Part shown: in pieces, positions 9,856 to 20,371 of the stretch | Layout of the letters: every line of letters begins with the position of its first letter | Numbering within the stretch: the stretch's first letter is position 1 | Assembly (NCBI GenBank): GCA_016705245.1 | Contig: JADIYM010000003.1 | Span: 420,148-484,147, forward strand | From: Blastocatellia bacterium | Lineage (GTDB): Bacteria > Acidobacteriota > Blastocatellia > UBA7656 > JADIYM01 | Reading direction: 5' to 3' | DNA length: 64,000 nucleotides | Notes under the pieces: model-generated | The model's database searches: none | The model's input: the letters and a program-made list of their open reading frames with translations, nothing else | What the model was told of the DNA's origin: nothing | Program-made: the position numbers and the translations under genes

Positions 9856-11357
9856 CTAGTCGCCCTTCGCGAAGACGAAGAACCACACGGCGAACCCCGC
9901 CACCGTCAGCAACGCGAGCAGGATGAAGATCACTCCGAGCCCGATGAGGACCTTGCTTCCGGCCGACTTTCCGGCCTTTTTCGGAGGCTCCATGTCGAGC
10001 GCAGCTGTCGGCGGAATCGGCATCGTCGGGGCTGGCGCGGGCACCGCAACTGGAGGTGGCGAAGCCGGCGCTGCCGCCTGCGGCGCCGGCTGCGGCGGCA
10101 AGGGAGGCGCCGCAACTTGCGGGGCCTGCACTGGTGCTGGCGGCGGCGCGACGGGCATCGACGAAAGCGGGACGGTCGCCTGGTGAGAAGCAGGATCCCC
10201 CGAGGCAAGCGGCGCCGTCGGCATGCCAGCGGCGATATCGTGCATGGCCGGCGGGACGACCACATCGGGCGCGTTTGACGGCGCCGACGGTGCGGGCTGC
10301 TGCAGCCGCGGGATCGCGACGTGGGTCACGGGAATGTCCGAATGCGCCGGTCCCGTCCCGGGTTGGGTTGCGATGAGCTGCATTCCGAGGTTGTCGAGAA
10401 CCCCGTTGACGCTCGGCGGTCCCTGCGCGGCATTCGCCGCCGTGTCCTGGTAATAGTCGAGCTGCTGTCCACCGATGCGCAGCAGGTCGTTCGACGTCAG
10501 CGCGTGCATGCTGCCCGTGATCGAGAACTGTTCGGCCGAGCTCTGGAGTGAAGACCCGTCAAACTGCGCTATGAGCGCCGTGATGTTGTCTTCTCCGCCC
10601 CGGGCGTTCGCAAGCTCGATGAGCCGCCGGCACGCGGCCGCCAGATCCGGCACGTTCTGGACGATCGCGTCGCGCATTTCGTCCGCCGATACCTTGTTCG
10701 ACAATCCGTCCGAGCAAAGCAGCATCGCATCGCCGGCGCACAGGTCTACCGAGGTGACCGCGACGACGACGTCAGGCCGCGTGCCGAGCGCCTGCAGGAT
10801 AACGTTGTTCGGAACCTGATTCGCCTGATCCGGCTGAATCGCCTTTGCGTCGACGAGGAGCTGGACGAGCGACTGGTCCTTGGTGAGTTGCTTGATTCGA
10901 CCGGCGCGCACGAGGTAGGCGCGCGAGTCGCCAACCTGCCCGACGTAGGCCTTGCTGCCGTGGCACAACACCGCCGTCAGCGTGGCGCCCATTCCGGCGA
11001 GGTGCGGATTGTCCTGAGCGTATTGCCAGACCGTGCGATTCGTCCGTTCGACCGCGATCTGCAATCGCTGCGAGACGTCGAGCGGCGTCGAGCCAGGCTT
11101 GAGCATCTCGTCGCGCACGCCGTTGACCGCCAGGTCGCTGGCGATCTCGCCGGCGACCGCGCCGCCCATGCCGTCCGACACGACCATCAGGCTTCCCATC
11201 GAGCCAAGACGGTGGTGGCTCACTTCCGGTGTCAGCCCGGTGTTGCCGGTCGTCAGATCCGCCACGAGAAACAGTCTTCGTTTCCTCGCCGGATCATGCC
11301 GACATCGGTCCGCGCAGAGACGCGGACCTGGACGTCGCCGTTTTGCGACGCGCTCAC
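9856..11357 (-). CDS. PP2C-family Ser/Thr protein phosphatase with Pro-rich linker and C-terminal TM anchor; apparent frameshift near 11270
   Basis: Conserved N-terminus RTDVGMIRRGNEDCF lies in a different frame (11268-11357, GTG start at 11355-11357) from the body (DGMGGAVAGEIAS...). The frame change falls at a plus-strand AAA run at 11269-11271. C-terminal PPPAP repeats plus VLIGLGVIFILLALLTVAGFAVWFFVF. Confidence 0.8.
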
Positions 11358-11396
11358 GCGAGGGGCTCCATGCTGCCGATGGCCACGTTCGTCGTC

Positions 11397-12704
11397 CTAC
11401 TCATCGGCCTCGAATCGGAACAGTTGTTTTCCAATGAGCACGACATCCCCACCATGAAGCTCGACTTCCTGATGGATCTTCACGAAAGTTCCGTTTCGAG
11501 AGTTGTTGTCGATGAGAAAGAACCTCCCGTTTCGTTGGAGGATCCGGGCATGACGGCTCGACATGTAACCGTCGTGCGGAAACTTGATATCACCGTCGAC
11601 GCGACCGATCCCAGTTTCGGTCGGCCTGAGCTGGAAGGTCTCGCCGACGTCTCCGCCCTCCATGATGAGGAGCAGACGGCCCGACTTTGGCGGTGACGCC
11701 ACGGGTGTCGACGACATGACGATCGTGTGCTGGTCGGGCGGCGGCGCCGCACCGGTCGGAGGCGCGGCCTGACCGATGCCGGCCGTAGGCGTCGCCGTCG
11801 GTGTCGGCGTGGTGACGTAGGAAGGCTCGGGAGCCACCACCGGGACGCCTGCCGTCGGAACATCGTCAGTTGCAAAGCCGGTCGTTCCGCCGGCGCCCGG
11901 TGGAGCCTGATCCGGGTCGACGATCGTGTCCAGGTAGGCGGACGGTTCCGGCTGCGGCGGATTGAGGACAGTCGGCAGATATTCGGCAGCTGGCGGCGGC
12001 GCCGGTGGCGCCGGTGCTGCTGGCGGAGGAGGTGTCACCACAGTCGCGGCGCCCCACGCGGGCTGGGGTGGCGGCGGTGGAACCATCTGGCTGAAATCGG
12101 GACTTGGAGTCACGACCGTCTCCGCTCCCCACGTGGGAGCAGGCGGTGGCGGGGGAGGTGCTGCAGGCTGGGGCGGCGCGAACTGGCTGAGGTCAGGAGC
12201 CGGCGTGATAACCGTCGGCGCACCCCACGCCGGCGCTGCCGGCGGAGGAGGAGCCGGAGGAGCCTGTGGCTGTCCGAAACTGGGGTTGGGACTGATCACG
12301 GTCGGGGCGCCCCAAGGCGCCTGTTCCGGAACATGCGGTGGCGGGGCAGTCGGCGGAAGCGGCGGAGGCGGCGTCACGACGGTCGGCGCGCTCCATTGCT
12401 GCGCCGGCGCAGCCGGGGCCTGTACCGCGAGTCGCGAGCCGCACTGCTGGCAGAACGCCCAGTCCGCGTCATTCGTCGCGCCACACGCCGGACAGATGGA
12501 CTTGCCCGCGGGCACGCGTCCACCCGGAGCCTCCATCGCCGGATTTCCCGGAGACGGAATCAGCACCGTCATCGGCATGTCCGCCGCAGCAGGTGCAGCA
12601 GGCCGACCGGGAGCCGCCGCTGCCGCATCGAGCGGCGTCGCGCACATGCGGCAGACGGGCGCGTCGTCCTTGTTTTCCGCTCCACATCGAGGACAGGTGA
12701 TCAT
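11397..12704 (-). CDS. FHA domain protein with N-terminal double zinc ribbon and five Pro-rich W(G/S)APTV(V/I)TP repeats
   Basis: CPRCGAEN...CRMC and CPACGATN...CQQCGSRL; repeats WSAPTVVTPPPP / WGAPTVISPNPS / WGAPTVITPAPD / WGAETVVTPSPD / WGAATVVTPPPP; C-terminal FHA (GRVDGDIKFPHDGYMSSRHARI...NNSRNGTFV). Confidence 0.85.
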   Translation of the reverse strand: MITCPRCGAENKDDAPVCRMCATPLDAAAAAPGRPAAPAAADMPMTVLIPSPGNPAMEAPGGRVPAGKSICPACGATNDADWAFCQQCGSRLAVQAPAAPAQQWSAPTVVTPPPPLPPTAPPPHVPEQAPWGAPTVISPNPSFGQPQAPPAPPPPAAPAWGAPTVITPAPDLSQFAPPQPAAPPPPPPAPTWGAETVVTPSPDFSQMVPPPPPQPAWGAATVVTPPPPAAPAPPAPPPAAEYLPTVLNPPQPEPSAYLDTIVDPDQAPPGAGGTTGFATDDVPTAGVPVVAPEPSYVTTPTPTATPTAGIGQAAPPTGAAPPPDQHTIVMSSTPVASPPKSGRLLLIMEGGDVGETFQLRPTETGIGRVDGDIKFPHDGYMSSRHARILQRNGRFFLIDNNSRNGTFVKIHQEVELHGGDVVLIGKQLFRFEADE

Positions 12705-12897
12705 CGCAGGCTACTCCTCAGATTGGCCCTCCCGACGGTCGACAGCAACGTGCGGACAATCGGCACCACGAGTGTTTCGGTCGGTCGAATCTTACAGGAT
12801 GAGTACGAGCTGAAAGGCTCTTGCGCGAGGATACAACGAAGGCCGAGAAAAACGCAAAAGTGACTTCCGTGCCACGCTCGAGTCGTCGTCGAATGCG

Positions 12898-13624
12898 TCA
12901 TCGGTCCGACTCCGCGACAGCCGCCGCGAGACGCGTCGTGACCGGTCCCGGTGCGGCAAAGCGGTGGATATCGAGTTCCGCGACGGGCTGAACGCCTCGC
13001 GTCGAGTTCGTCAGAAAGACCTCGTGGGCTTCGTGAAGGACGTGAAGCGTGGCGGCGCCTTCGACGGCTCGTATTCGCAATCTCGTTGCGGCCTCGAGGA
13101 CGAGCGCCCTCGTGATCCCCGCAAGGCAGCCGGTTCCGAGCGACGGCGTCCAGAGCTCGCCATCGCGAACCCAGAAGAGGTTCGCCGAAGACGTCTCGAC
13201 CACCTCGCCGCGTTCGTTGAGCACGATGGCATCGTCGAAATCCCGTCGCCGCGCCTCGTCGACTCTCGTCGAGCGCGGCTGCAAGAATCCAGAGATCGGA
13301 GGAACGCGCGCTCTCGTCTCGCCAGGGGCCCGCGGACCCGCGGACCGCTGTAGCCCGCGCACGACCCGTCGAGATCCGGCCAAGCGCCACGAGCTCGGCG
13401 AGTCCAGCTTCGAAGTCGGCGAGCGAATGCTCGAGCGGAACCCCGAGCCGGGCAGCGTGCGACGTGAGCCTAGCCCAGTGACGCGCCGAGTGCCGGACGC
13501 GGCCATCGGAAATACCGAGAGTCGTGAAGACGCCCCATCCGTAGAGAAGGCCCGCCGAGAGCGGCGACACGCGCGCGTCGCCAATCGGAAGGACTGCGCC
13601 GTTTAGCCAGACGAAGGGAACCAC
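12898..13624 (-). CDS. pabC: aminodeoxychorismate lyase / class IV aminotransferase family (PabC-like), disrupted: N-terminal and C-terminal halves in different frames with ~25-30 residues apparently missing
   Basis: N-terminus FVWLNGAVLPIGDARVSPLSAGLLYGWGVFTTLGISDGRV...RGSAGPWR matches PabC/IlvE fold. C-terminus DFDDAIVLNERGEVVETSSANLFWVRDGELWTP...TRGVQPV in another frame. Junction near 13255-13300; no frame supplies the expected Schiff-base Lys segment. Confidence 0.6.
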
Positions 13625-13678
13625 GTCGTGATCATGCGCCGGAGAGCCTTGGCTGCATAGCTCCCATTGCAGCCCTGC

Positions 13679-13772
13679 GACTCTGCGTCTTCACTTTGCG
13701 TCTCTGCGAGAACCTCTTCTCCCGTGCGTGAGGGGGGGTTCTCGCAGAGACGCAAAGTGAAGACGCAGAGTC
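13679..13772. repeat. Family-A palindromic repeat, extended form (~36-bp perfect arms), copy A2
   Basis: GACTCTGCGTCTTCACTTTGCGTCTCTGCGAGAAC ... GTTCTCGCAGAGACGCAAAGTGAAGACGCAGAGTC. Confidence 0.8.
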
Positions 13773-13831
13773 GCATGAAAACTGGGGGTGGAATGGCTAC
13801 TTGATACCTCTCGCCATACGCTCGCACCTTT

Positions 13832-15181
13832 TCACCCCCGCAGCGCCTCGAGCAGCGCCCTCGCCTTCCACATCGACTCGTCGTATTCGCCCTCCGGATC
13901 CGAATCCGCCACGACGCCTCCGCCGACGTTGAACCGCGCCACGTCACCATCGACGTCCATCGTCCGGATGGCGACGCTCCAGTCCATCCGTCCGTCGAAA
14001 GCGCAGTACCCGATGGCGCCCATCGATATCCCGCGGCGGACGCCTTCGAGCTCCTCGATGATCTCCATCGCGCGGATCTTCGGAGCGCCCGTGATGGATC
14101 CGCACGGAAAGGCCGCGCGAAGGAGGTCACACCCTCTCGCCCCGTCTCGAAGTCGCGCCGACACGCGCGAGACGAGGTGGTGAACCGTTGGCAGCCGACG
14201 GTGACCGAAAAGCTCATCGACGGCCACGCTGCCGAACTCGGCGACTCGGCCAAGGTCGTTTCGCACCAGGTCGACGATCATGAGGTTTTCGGCACGATCC
14301 TTCACGCTCTCGACCAGCTCTTGAGCGAGTTTCTCGTCTTCTTCACGCGTCGCCCCGCGAGGCCGGGTTCCCTTTATCGGCCACATCTCGGCGTCTCGGC
14401 CTCGCACGCGAAGGAACCGTTCCGGCGAGGCGCTGACGATCGATCGCCCGGACTCGGCGAGCAGCGCCGCAAACGCCGCCGGGTTACGCTCGCGCAGCCG
14501 AAGAAAGACCTCGGCACTCGTCAACTCACCCATCGGCGCGGCGAATCGCTGCGTCAGGTTCACCTGATAGACGTCGCCCGCGGCGATGTGCGCCTGAGCG
14601 TGCCGGACCGAAGCCGCGTACGTCTGTCGATCGAAGTTCGACTCCGGCTCGAGCGCCGAGACGCCCGGCTGTCGCTCGACCTCCGGCCCGTGTGCGAGCA
14701 GGTCCAGAGCTTCTCGAGCGCGGTCCGTCGCGCGCGCGGCGCGGGCGGAAGCTGCGGCGGGTATTCCCGTCGAGACGACCCAGCTCTCCGAGGTCAGGTA
14801 GTCGTGAAGGACGAGCCGATCGTACAGTCCGATCGACACCTCGGCGCACGGTGCGTCTGTGGCCGCCGTCGCCCGAATTCGTTCGAAGCGCCTGCCGAGG
14901 TCGTACGAGAGAACGCCGATGGCCGCGCCCGGCGGGAATCCGGTGTCGTGCGGGGCCGACTCGAATGCAGCCAACGCAGCGTCGAGGTCAGCGATCGGGT
15001 CACGCTCCGAATCGCCGATCGTGTCGAAGGGGTCCCAGGCGGCAAGCAGCCATCTCGCGGCGACGTCGTCGGCACCCGAACTGTCGAGAATGACCGGTCG
15101 AAGCTCTGGCGAAATTGCCGCGACGACGCGGACGATGCGATCCGCCGTCGCCGCGACCGGTTCGACGATCAGCGTGAAGTA
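13832..15181 (-). CDS. pabB: aminodeoxychorismate synthase component I (PabB; chorismate-binding enzyme family); start uncertain
   Basis: GVLSYDLGRRFE, PIKGTRPRG, DRAENLMIVDLVRNDL, GSITGAPKIRAMEIIEELE match PabB. Protein-like sequence (YFTLIVEPVAATADRIVRVVAAISPELRPVILDSSG) continues upstream of the TTG at 14974 to ~15181 without a canonical start codon, overlapping the S8 protease stop. Confidence 0.75.
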   Translation of the reverse strand, partial: YFTLIVEPVAATADRIVRVVAAISPELRPVILDSSGADDVAARWLLAAWDPFDTIGDSERDPIADLDAALAAFESAPHDTGFPPGAAIGVLSYDLGRRFERIRATAATDAPCAEVSIGLYDRLVLHDYLTSESWVVSTGIPAAASARAARATDRAREALDLLAHGPEVERQPGVSALEPESNFDRQTYAASVRHAQAHIAAGDVYQVNLTQRFAAPMGELTSAEVFLRLRERNPAAFAALLAESGRSIVSASPERFLRVRGRDAEMWPIKGTRPRGATREEDEKLAQELVESVKDRAENLMIVDLVRNDLGRVAEFGSVAVDELFGHRRLPTVHHLVSRVSARLRDGARGCDLLRAAFPCGSITGAPKIRAMEIIEELEGVRRGISMGAIGYCAFDGRMDWSVAIRTMDVDGDVARFNVGGGVVADSDPEGEYDESMWKARALLEALRG

Positions 15182-16623
15182 CCCGCGGCGAATGCTCCGC
15201 CTCCGCTGAGACGGCCGCCCGTCATCAAACGAGAGTCAAAGCCCGGCACAGCCTGCCGGCCGTCAAGCACGCGCGCGCGGATCAACTCCAGCGGCATCTT
15301 CGGGTTCGAGCTCGCGACGAGCGCGGCCATTCCGGCCACGAACGGCGAAGCCATCGAGGTCCCGGACGCGAATCCGTACGCTCCGTCCGGCAGCGTGCTC
15401 AGGATGTCGACGCCAGGCGCGGCGATGTCGACCGACAGCTCGCCGAAGTTCGAGAACGGCGCGATTGTTTCGTTCGGCGAAAGCGCGGCAACCGAGAGGA
15501 TGCCCATGTTCGGGTACGCCGACGGGTAGTGCGGCGTCGCATCGGAATCGATTCCGTCGTTGCCTGCCGCGCAGACGAAGAGGACTCCGCTCCGGATGGC
15601 GCGGTTGATGGCCTCCTCGAGCGCCGCGGAGCGCTCGGTACTTCCCCAGCTGCAATTGACCACACGCACGTTCGCACCGCGCTCGTTCATCTTCAGGATG
15701 TAGTCGATGCAGGCGATCGCATCGCTCGTCTGCCCGCCGCCGGTCGCACCAAGGAATCGGAGCGCCATCACCCGCGTCGTCCAGTTGACGCCAGAGACAC
15801 CGCGATCGTTGTCGCCCACCGCGCCGATGATTCCGGCGACGTGTGTGCCGTGACCGAGGTCGTCGTCGGGATCGCCCGAGTTCGCGATCGCGTCGTATCC
15901 GTGCACGTCGTCAACTACGCCGTTGCCGTCGTCGTCGATGCCATTGCCCGGCGTTTCGCCCTCGTTCACCCAAAGATTCTCGACGAGGTCTTCGTGCTTC
16001 AGGTCGATGCCGCTATCGATGACCGCGACCACGAGGTCCGAGCTGCCCATCCCGTGTTGCCAGGCGCCGACCGCATCTACGTCGACTCCATCCTTCCCTC
16101 CCGGATGACCGTTCACCGGCTGACCGGTGTTTCTGAGTCCCCACTGCTCTCGGAACCGTGCATCGTTCGGCTGCGGGCCAGCCTGATCGACGTGCCAGGT
16201 CGCGTCGAGCTCAGCGTACGCGACGGACTTGTCTCGCCGGAACGCGACGAGCGCCTTCTCGGCGGAGCCCATGTCCGAGAAACCGAGCACAGCCAGCCCG
16301 GGCATCGACGCGAATCGCTCGAGACCGACGCCTTCGCCCGGGCGCTCGGCCTGTGCGATGGTCGCGCCCGAGAGGATCTCCTTGACGATTCGTTCCGGCA
16401 GAGATTCGGTGCGGTACTTGACGAGCACGCGGACCGGACCGCCACTGGTCGGCGTCATCTGCCACGTCGGGCCGACGGGCGCCGTCGAAGGATAGAGAAC
16501 GCAGGGCTCCCGGTCGGACTTCGCTCGACGAGACAGCGTGAAATCGGAGATCCGGCCGGCGACGCCTGCGAGAAGGATGACGAGCGCGCCGACGATGATG
16601 TGCGGCAAGGGATTTCGGGTCAT
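15169..16623 (-). CDS. S8 family subtilisin-like serine peptidase with N-terminal signal/TM segment
   Basis: Catalytic triad contexts VAVIDSGID (Asp), HGTHVAGIIGA (His), GTSMASPFVAG (Ser); N-terminal IIVGALVILLAGVAG. Confidence 0.85.
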   Translation of the reverse strand: MTRNPLPHIIVGALVILLAGVAGRISDFTLSRRAKSDREPCVLYPSTAPVGPTWQMTPTSGGPVRVLVKYRTESLPERIVKEILSGATIAQAERPGEGVGLERFASMPGLAVLGFSDMGSAEKALVAFRRDKSVAYAELDATWHVDQAGPQPNDARFREQWGLRNTGQPVNGHPGGKDGVDVDAVGAWQHGMGSSDLVVAVIDSGIDLKHEDLVENLWVNEGETPGNGIDDDGNGVVDDVHGYDAIANSGDPDDDLGHGTHVAGIIGAVGDNDRGVSGVNWTTRVMALRFLGATGGGQTSDAIACIDYILKMNERGANVRVVNCSWGSTERSAALEEAINRAIRSGVLFVCAAGNDGIDSDATPHYPSAYPNMGILSVAALSPNETIAPFSNFGELSVDIAAPGVDILSTLPDGAYGFASGTSMASPFVAGMAALVASSNPKMPLELIRARVLDGRQAVPGFDSRLMTGGRLSGGGAFAAGTSR

Positions 16624-16672
16624 GTGGACCTCCGCGGCGCGGACCGGGCGGCTGCAGGCCGCCGAGCGAGCG

Positions 16673-16954
16673 TCAGTGTGGATAAATCAGCAGCACGGCG
16701 CCATCGTCTGCCACGTGGCGAATCTGTCGGGCGCCTGCCCGGTAAACGTACGAGCGGCCCCCGGCGTTCGCGATGATTCGCCAACCGGGCGTCATCACGT
16801 CCGCACTCATTTCGCCCGGACGCGACGCGCCAAGCGATGAGTTCGTAAACGTCTCGGCATCGACCGACGTCAGCACGGCTGGAACACCGGCGCGCGTTTC
16901 GGCGTCGGCCAGTGAGATTCGGATGGCGTCGTCTCGGGTAAGCGAAGCAGCCAT
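16673..16954 (-). CDS. hypothetical protein (~93 aa)
   Basis: Open frame with GC3 bias starting MAASLTRDDAIRISL; upstream part of the ORF-table entry (to 17341) translates family-A repeat A3 and is rejected. Confidence 0.3.
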   Translation of the reverse strand: MAASLTRDDAIRISLADAETRAGVPAVLTSVDAETFTNSSLGASRPGEMSADVMTPGWRIIANAGGRSYVYRAGARQIRHVADDGAVLLIYPH

Positions 16955-17252
16955 GCGCGTCAGTCTACCACCGCGTGCGAGGACTGTCGGCCCACCGCTC
17001 GAACTTCGTGCTTGACGCAACGGAGGACACGTCGTATTCTCCGACTTGGACAATTGTCCAAGTCGCTTAGTCGCGCCGGGCGTGGGCCGCGAGAATCCAC
17101 TGTCGGCCTCTCGGAGACTCGCCGCCCGCTCCCGACCGCGACCGATCTCACAGCCCGCTTCGGCGGGTGGCACTGCGCCGGCGATGAGGCAAACTGGCCC
17201 GGCGGCACCGCCTCCCGCTGAGGTTGGCTCGCTAAGAGTCAACAGATAAACA

Positions 17253-17350
17253 CTTTGCGTCTTTGCGTCTTCCTTTGCGCCTTTGCGAGAACCTCTTCTA
17301 GCCGTCAAGAAGTTCTCGCAAAGGCGCAAAGGAAGTCGCAAAGACGCAAG
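17253..17350. repeat. Family-A palindromic repeat, long nested form, copy A3
   Basis: CTTTGCGTCTTTGCGTCTTCCTTTGCGCCTTTGCGAGAAC...GTTCTCGCAAAGGCGCAAAGGAAGTCGCAAAGACGCAAG. Confidence 0.8.
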
Positions 17351-17368
17351 ACAAGCAGTGAAGTTGAC

Positions 17369-19537
17369 TTACTTGCCGACGGCCATTGCGGCCGAGATTC
17401 GGGAGCGCCAGGCCGACTCGATATCAGAGACGGGAACATCGATCGCCGTCGCGCCCCGCACGTCGATCCTGAGGCGGTCACCGCCAACGATACCGATCTG
17501 ACGGCACACGACGCCGAGGCGCGAGCAGATCTCGGCGATCTTCGCGACGGCCCCAACCGGCGCCGACGCAACGACACGCGAGGGTGCCTCGCCGAACAGC
17601 AAAGTCATCGCGTCGAGGTCGACATCGACGTCGACGGTGGCGCCGACCGCCGCTCGCCGGTAACTCGAGAAACAGCACTCGGCCAGCGTTACGGCCAGGC
17701 CGCCGTCCGAGCAATCGTGCGCCGACACGATCCACTCTTCCGTGATGGCCGTTCGCACGGCTTCCTGGACTGCCTTCTCGCGATCGAGATTCAGTTCCGG
17801 CAAAGGACCCGTCAGCACACCGCGCACCGTTGCGAGGTATTCGCTGCCGCCGAGCACGGGCGTCTCGTCGCCGATGAGCAGGACCGCGTGGCCCTCCCGG
17901 GCGAACCACTGCGTCGTCACGTGCTTCGGATTGTCGATCAGTCCGACCATTCCGATGACCGGCGTCGGATATATCCCCCGTCCGTCCGTCTCGTTGTAGA
18001 AGCTGACGTTGCCTCCGGTCACCGGAGTTCCGAAGGCGACGCACGCCTCCGACATTCCGTCGATCGTCTCGCTGAACTGCCACATCACCTCCGGTCGCTC
18101 CGGCGAGGCGAAGTTCAAGCAGTTCGTCACCGCCAGCGGCCGGGCTCCCGTGACCGAAAGGTTTCGCGCCGCTTCAGCGACCGCATGCATGGCGCCGAGC
18201 CGCGGGTCGATCTCGCAGTATCGCGCGTTGCTGTCGAGCGTCATCGCAATCGCCTTGCGCGTCTCCTTGACCCGGAGCACCGCCGCGTCCGATCCCGGGA
18301 GTACGACAGTGTTCGTCCGCACCATGTGGTCGTACTGGTCGTAGACCCACTCCTTCGACGCAATGTTCGGCGACGCGAGCAGCGCCTTGAGCGCGCCCTC
18401 CGCATCGACGTCGACTGCGTTGTGCAGCACCTCGAGGACGACCTGACCCTCGGGTCTCGCCAGCGGTCGATGGTAGACCGGCGCTTCGTCTGTCAGAAAT
18501 ACGTTCGAGATCTCGGCGACGACCTCGCCGTGCTCGAGCACGCGCATCTTCCCGTCGTTGGTTACCTTGCCGACCACGACGGCGTCGAGTTCCCACTTGT
18601 GGAAGATCTCGATGACTTCCCTGGCGCGCCCGTGCGATGCAACGAGCAGCATCCGCTCCTGCGACTCGCTCAGCATGATCTCGTACGGCGTCATGCCGGT
18701 CTCGCGCTGAGGTACGAGGTCGAGCTCGATCTCGACGCCCGTGCCGCCCCGGAATCCCATCTCGCATGTCGAGCACGTGAGGCCGGCCGCGCCCATGTCC
18801 TGAATGCCGACGACCGCGCCGGACCGCATGGCCTCGAGGCACGCCTCGAGAAGCAGCTTCTCCAGAAACGGATCGCCGACCTGAACGGTCGGCCGCTTCT
18901 CGAACGCCTCGTCGTCGAACTCGGCCGACGCCATGGTCGCGCCGTGGATCCCGTCGCGTCCGGTCTTTGCGCCGACGTAGATCACCGGATTGCCGACGCC
19001 TTCGGCCTTGCCGAGAAAGATCTGGTCGCGCTTCATGATCCCGAGCGCGAACGCGTTCACGAGGGGGTTCTTGTCGTAGCGGTCCGCGAAGTGCACTTCG
19101 CCGCCGATCGTGGGGACGCCAAAGCAGTTTCCGTAGTGACCGATGCCTCGCACGACGCCCTCATGCCGCGATCGGCGCGCGCCCATCGTGAAGATGTCGC
19201 GCAGAATGCCGCCGACGCCGGTCGCCGCGCCCTGGAAGGGCTCGATGAAACTCGGGTGGTTGTGCGACTCGATCTTGAACGCGACCGTGTAGCCTTCGCC
19301 GATGTCGACGATGCCGGCGTTCTCACCCGGTCCCTGGACGACGCACTCACCCGTGGTCGGAAGCCGCTTCAGGTGCACGCGGGACGACTTGTAGGAGCAG
19401 TGCTCGCTCCACATGACCGAGAAGATCCCGAGCTCGACAATCGTCGGGGGCCGCTCTAGCAGCTCGACGATCCGGTTGTACTCCTCGGGCGTCAGCCCGT
19501 GTTCGGCAATGACCTCTGGCGTAAACGGCTGCGACAT
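17369..19537 (-). CDS. purL: phosphoribosylformylglycinamidine synthase subunit II
   Basis: Real start MSQPFTPEV at 19537 with SD AGGAGA. The 45 codons upstream in the ORF table translate repeat B1. Conserved PurL motifs ([25 protein letters not shown]...). Confidence 0.9.
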   Translation of the reverse strand: MSQPFTPEVIAEHGLTPEEYNRIVELLERPPTIVELGIFSVMWSEHCSYKSSRVHLKRLPTTGECVVQGPGENAGIVDIGEGYTVAFKIESHNHPSFIEPFQGAATGVGGILRDIFTMGARRSRHEGVVRGIGHYGNCFGVPTIGGEVHFADRYDKNPLVNAFALGIMKRDQIFLGKAEGVGNPVIYVGAKTGRDGIHGATMASAEFDDEAFEKRPTVQVGDPFLEKLLLEACLEAMRSGAVVGIQDMGAAGLTCSTCEMGFRGGTGVEIELDLVPQRETGMTPYEIMLSESQERMLLVASHGRAREVIEIFHKWELDAVVVGKVTNDGKMRVLEHGEVVAEISNVFLTDEAPVYHRPLARPEGQVVLEVLHNAVDVDAEGALKALLASPNIASKEWVYDQYDHMVRTNTVVLPGSDAAVLRVKETRKAIAMTLDSNARYCEIDPRLGAMHAVAEAARNLSVTGARPLAVTNCLNFASPERPEVMWQFSETIDGMSEACVAFGTPVTGGNVSFYNETDGRGIYPTPVIGMVGLIDNPKHVTTQWFAREGHAVLLIGDETPVLGGSEYLATVRGVLTGPLPELNLDREKAVQEAVRTAITEEWIVSAHDCSDGGLAVTLAECCFSSYRRAAVGATVDVDVDLDAMTLLFGEAPSRVVASAPVGAVAKIAEICSRLGVVCRQIGIVGGDRLRIDVRGATAIDVPVSDIESAWRSRISAAMAVGK

Positions 19538-19630
19538 GGCGTCTCCTGTGGCGAAACTCGGCGTGAGTCGAACCGGGAACGTTAGCAGAGGATGCGCCCG
19601 GGTGGGAAAGTGGCCGGATTGGGGTGTCAA

Positions 19631-19757
19631 GAAGGCGTAGCCGTACAGAGAGCACAGAGTCACGGAGTGCACGGGCAGACAAACGGATCGTCTCTGTGTG
19701 CTTCGTGACTCTGTGCCCTCTGTCCGGCTACGCCTTCTTCCGGTCCCTGGCTACCGG
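19631..19757. repeat. Family-B palindromic repeat copy B1 (~31-bp arms CACAGAGTCACGGAG-type) plus a ~65-bp flank shared with copy B2
   Basis: GGCGTAGCCGTACAGAGAGCACAGAGTCACG ... CGTGACTCTGTGCCCTCTGTCCGGCTACGCC; flank CTTCTTCCGGTCCCTGGCTACCGG ~85% identical to 28518-28585. Confidence 0.8.
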
Positions 19758-19918
19758 ATCGGGCAGGTCAGGTCCAATTTTCGTGTGAGGGGATCTGGTC
19801 GAAGAATCCGGTAGCTCTCATTGAAGGGCAGAACGTGCCGGTGCTGCACTGCCTCCGAGGCCAGCTCGCAGCGGTCGCAACGTGCTCACCTGGAACCCAC
19901 GTCAATAAGGAGCAACCG

Positions 19919-20371
19919 ATGAATCGCAAGAGCATCCTCACCGTAATCGCAGCAGTCGTGATCCTCTCCGCCGGCTTTGCCGTCGGAGCCCAGGTTTCGC
20001 GCCCGTACCACAACGGCAGTGTCTGGGGGATCGGCCAGATTCGCGTCAAGCCGGGCATGGGCGAAGCCTACAAGACCTATCTCGCCACCGAGTGGAAGAC
20101 CAACCAGGAGGCCATGAAGAAGGAAGGCATCATCCTCTCGTACAAGGTCATTTCGACCGAGGCGCACGGCACGCAGGATTTCAACATGCTCCTGATGACC
20201 GAGTACAAGGACCTCGCGACATACGAGGCGAATCAGGACAAGGCCGACGCCCTCGCGCAACGGATCGTCGGCGACGACAAGAAGCAGGAGCAGGGGTACC
20301 GGGATCGATCCGAGATGCGCGAAGTGCTTGGAAATCGGCTGGGTCGCGAGATCGTCCTGGCGCCGAAGTAG
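19919..20371 (+). CDS. secreted hypothetical protein (150 aa) with signal peptide
   Basis: ATG 19919 with AAGGAG upstream; signal peptide MNRKSILTVIAAVVILSAGFAVGAQ. Confidence 0.55.
   Translation: MNRKSILTVIAAVVILSAGFAVGAQVSRPYHNGSVWGIGQIRVKPGMGEAYKTYLATEWKTNQEAMKKEGIILSYKVISTEAHGTQDFNMLLMTEYKDLATYEANQDKADALAQRIVGDDKKQEQGYRDRSEMREVLGNRLGREIVLAPK

Noticed and set aside
13255-13300. Alternative reading of pabC as two independent small genes
   Set aside because: The two halves match contiguous N- and C-terminal parts of the same class-IV aminotransferase fold, and neither half has its own start or SD context. A single disrupted gene is more parsimonious.
17369-19672. 5'-extended ORF starts that read through palindromic repeats (purL to 19672, 28520..29044 +, 34066 +, 16673..17341 -, 9825 start of FeS subunit, 60655 start of DUF4388 gene)
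   Set aside because: The extensions translate repeat elements or Arg-rich junk (e.g. CSLYGYAFL from repeat B). Internal Met codons with Shine-Dalgarno sequences and conserved N-termini were used instead.
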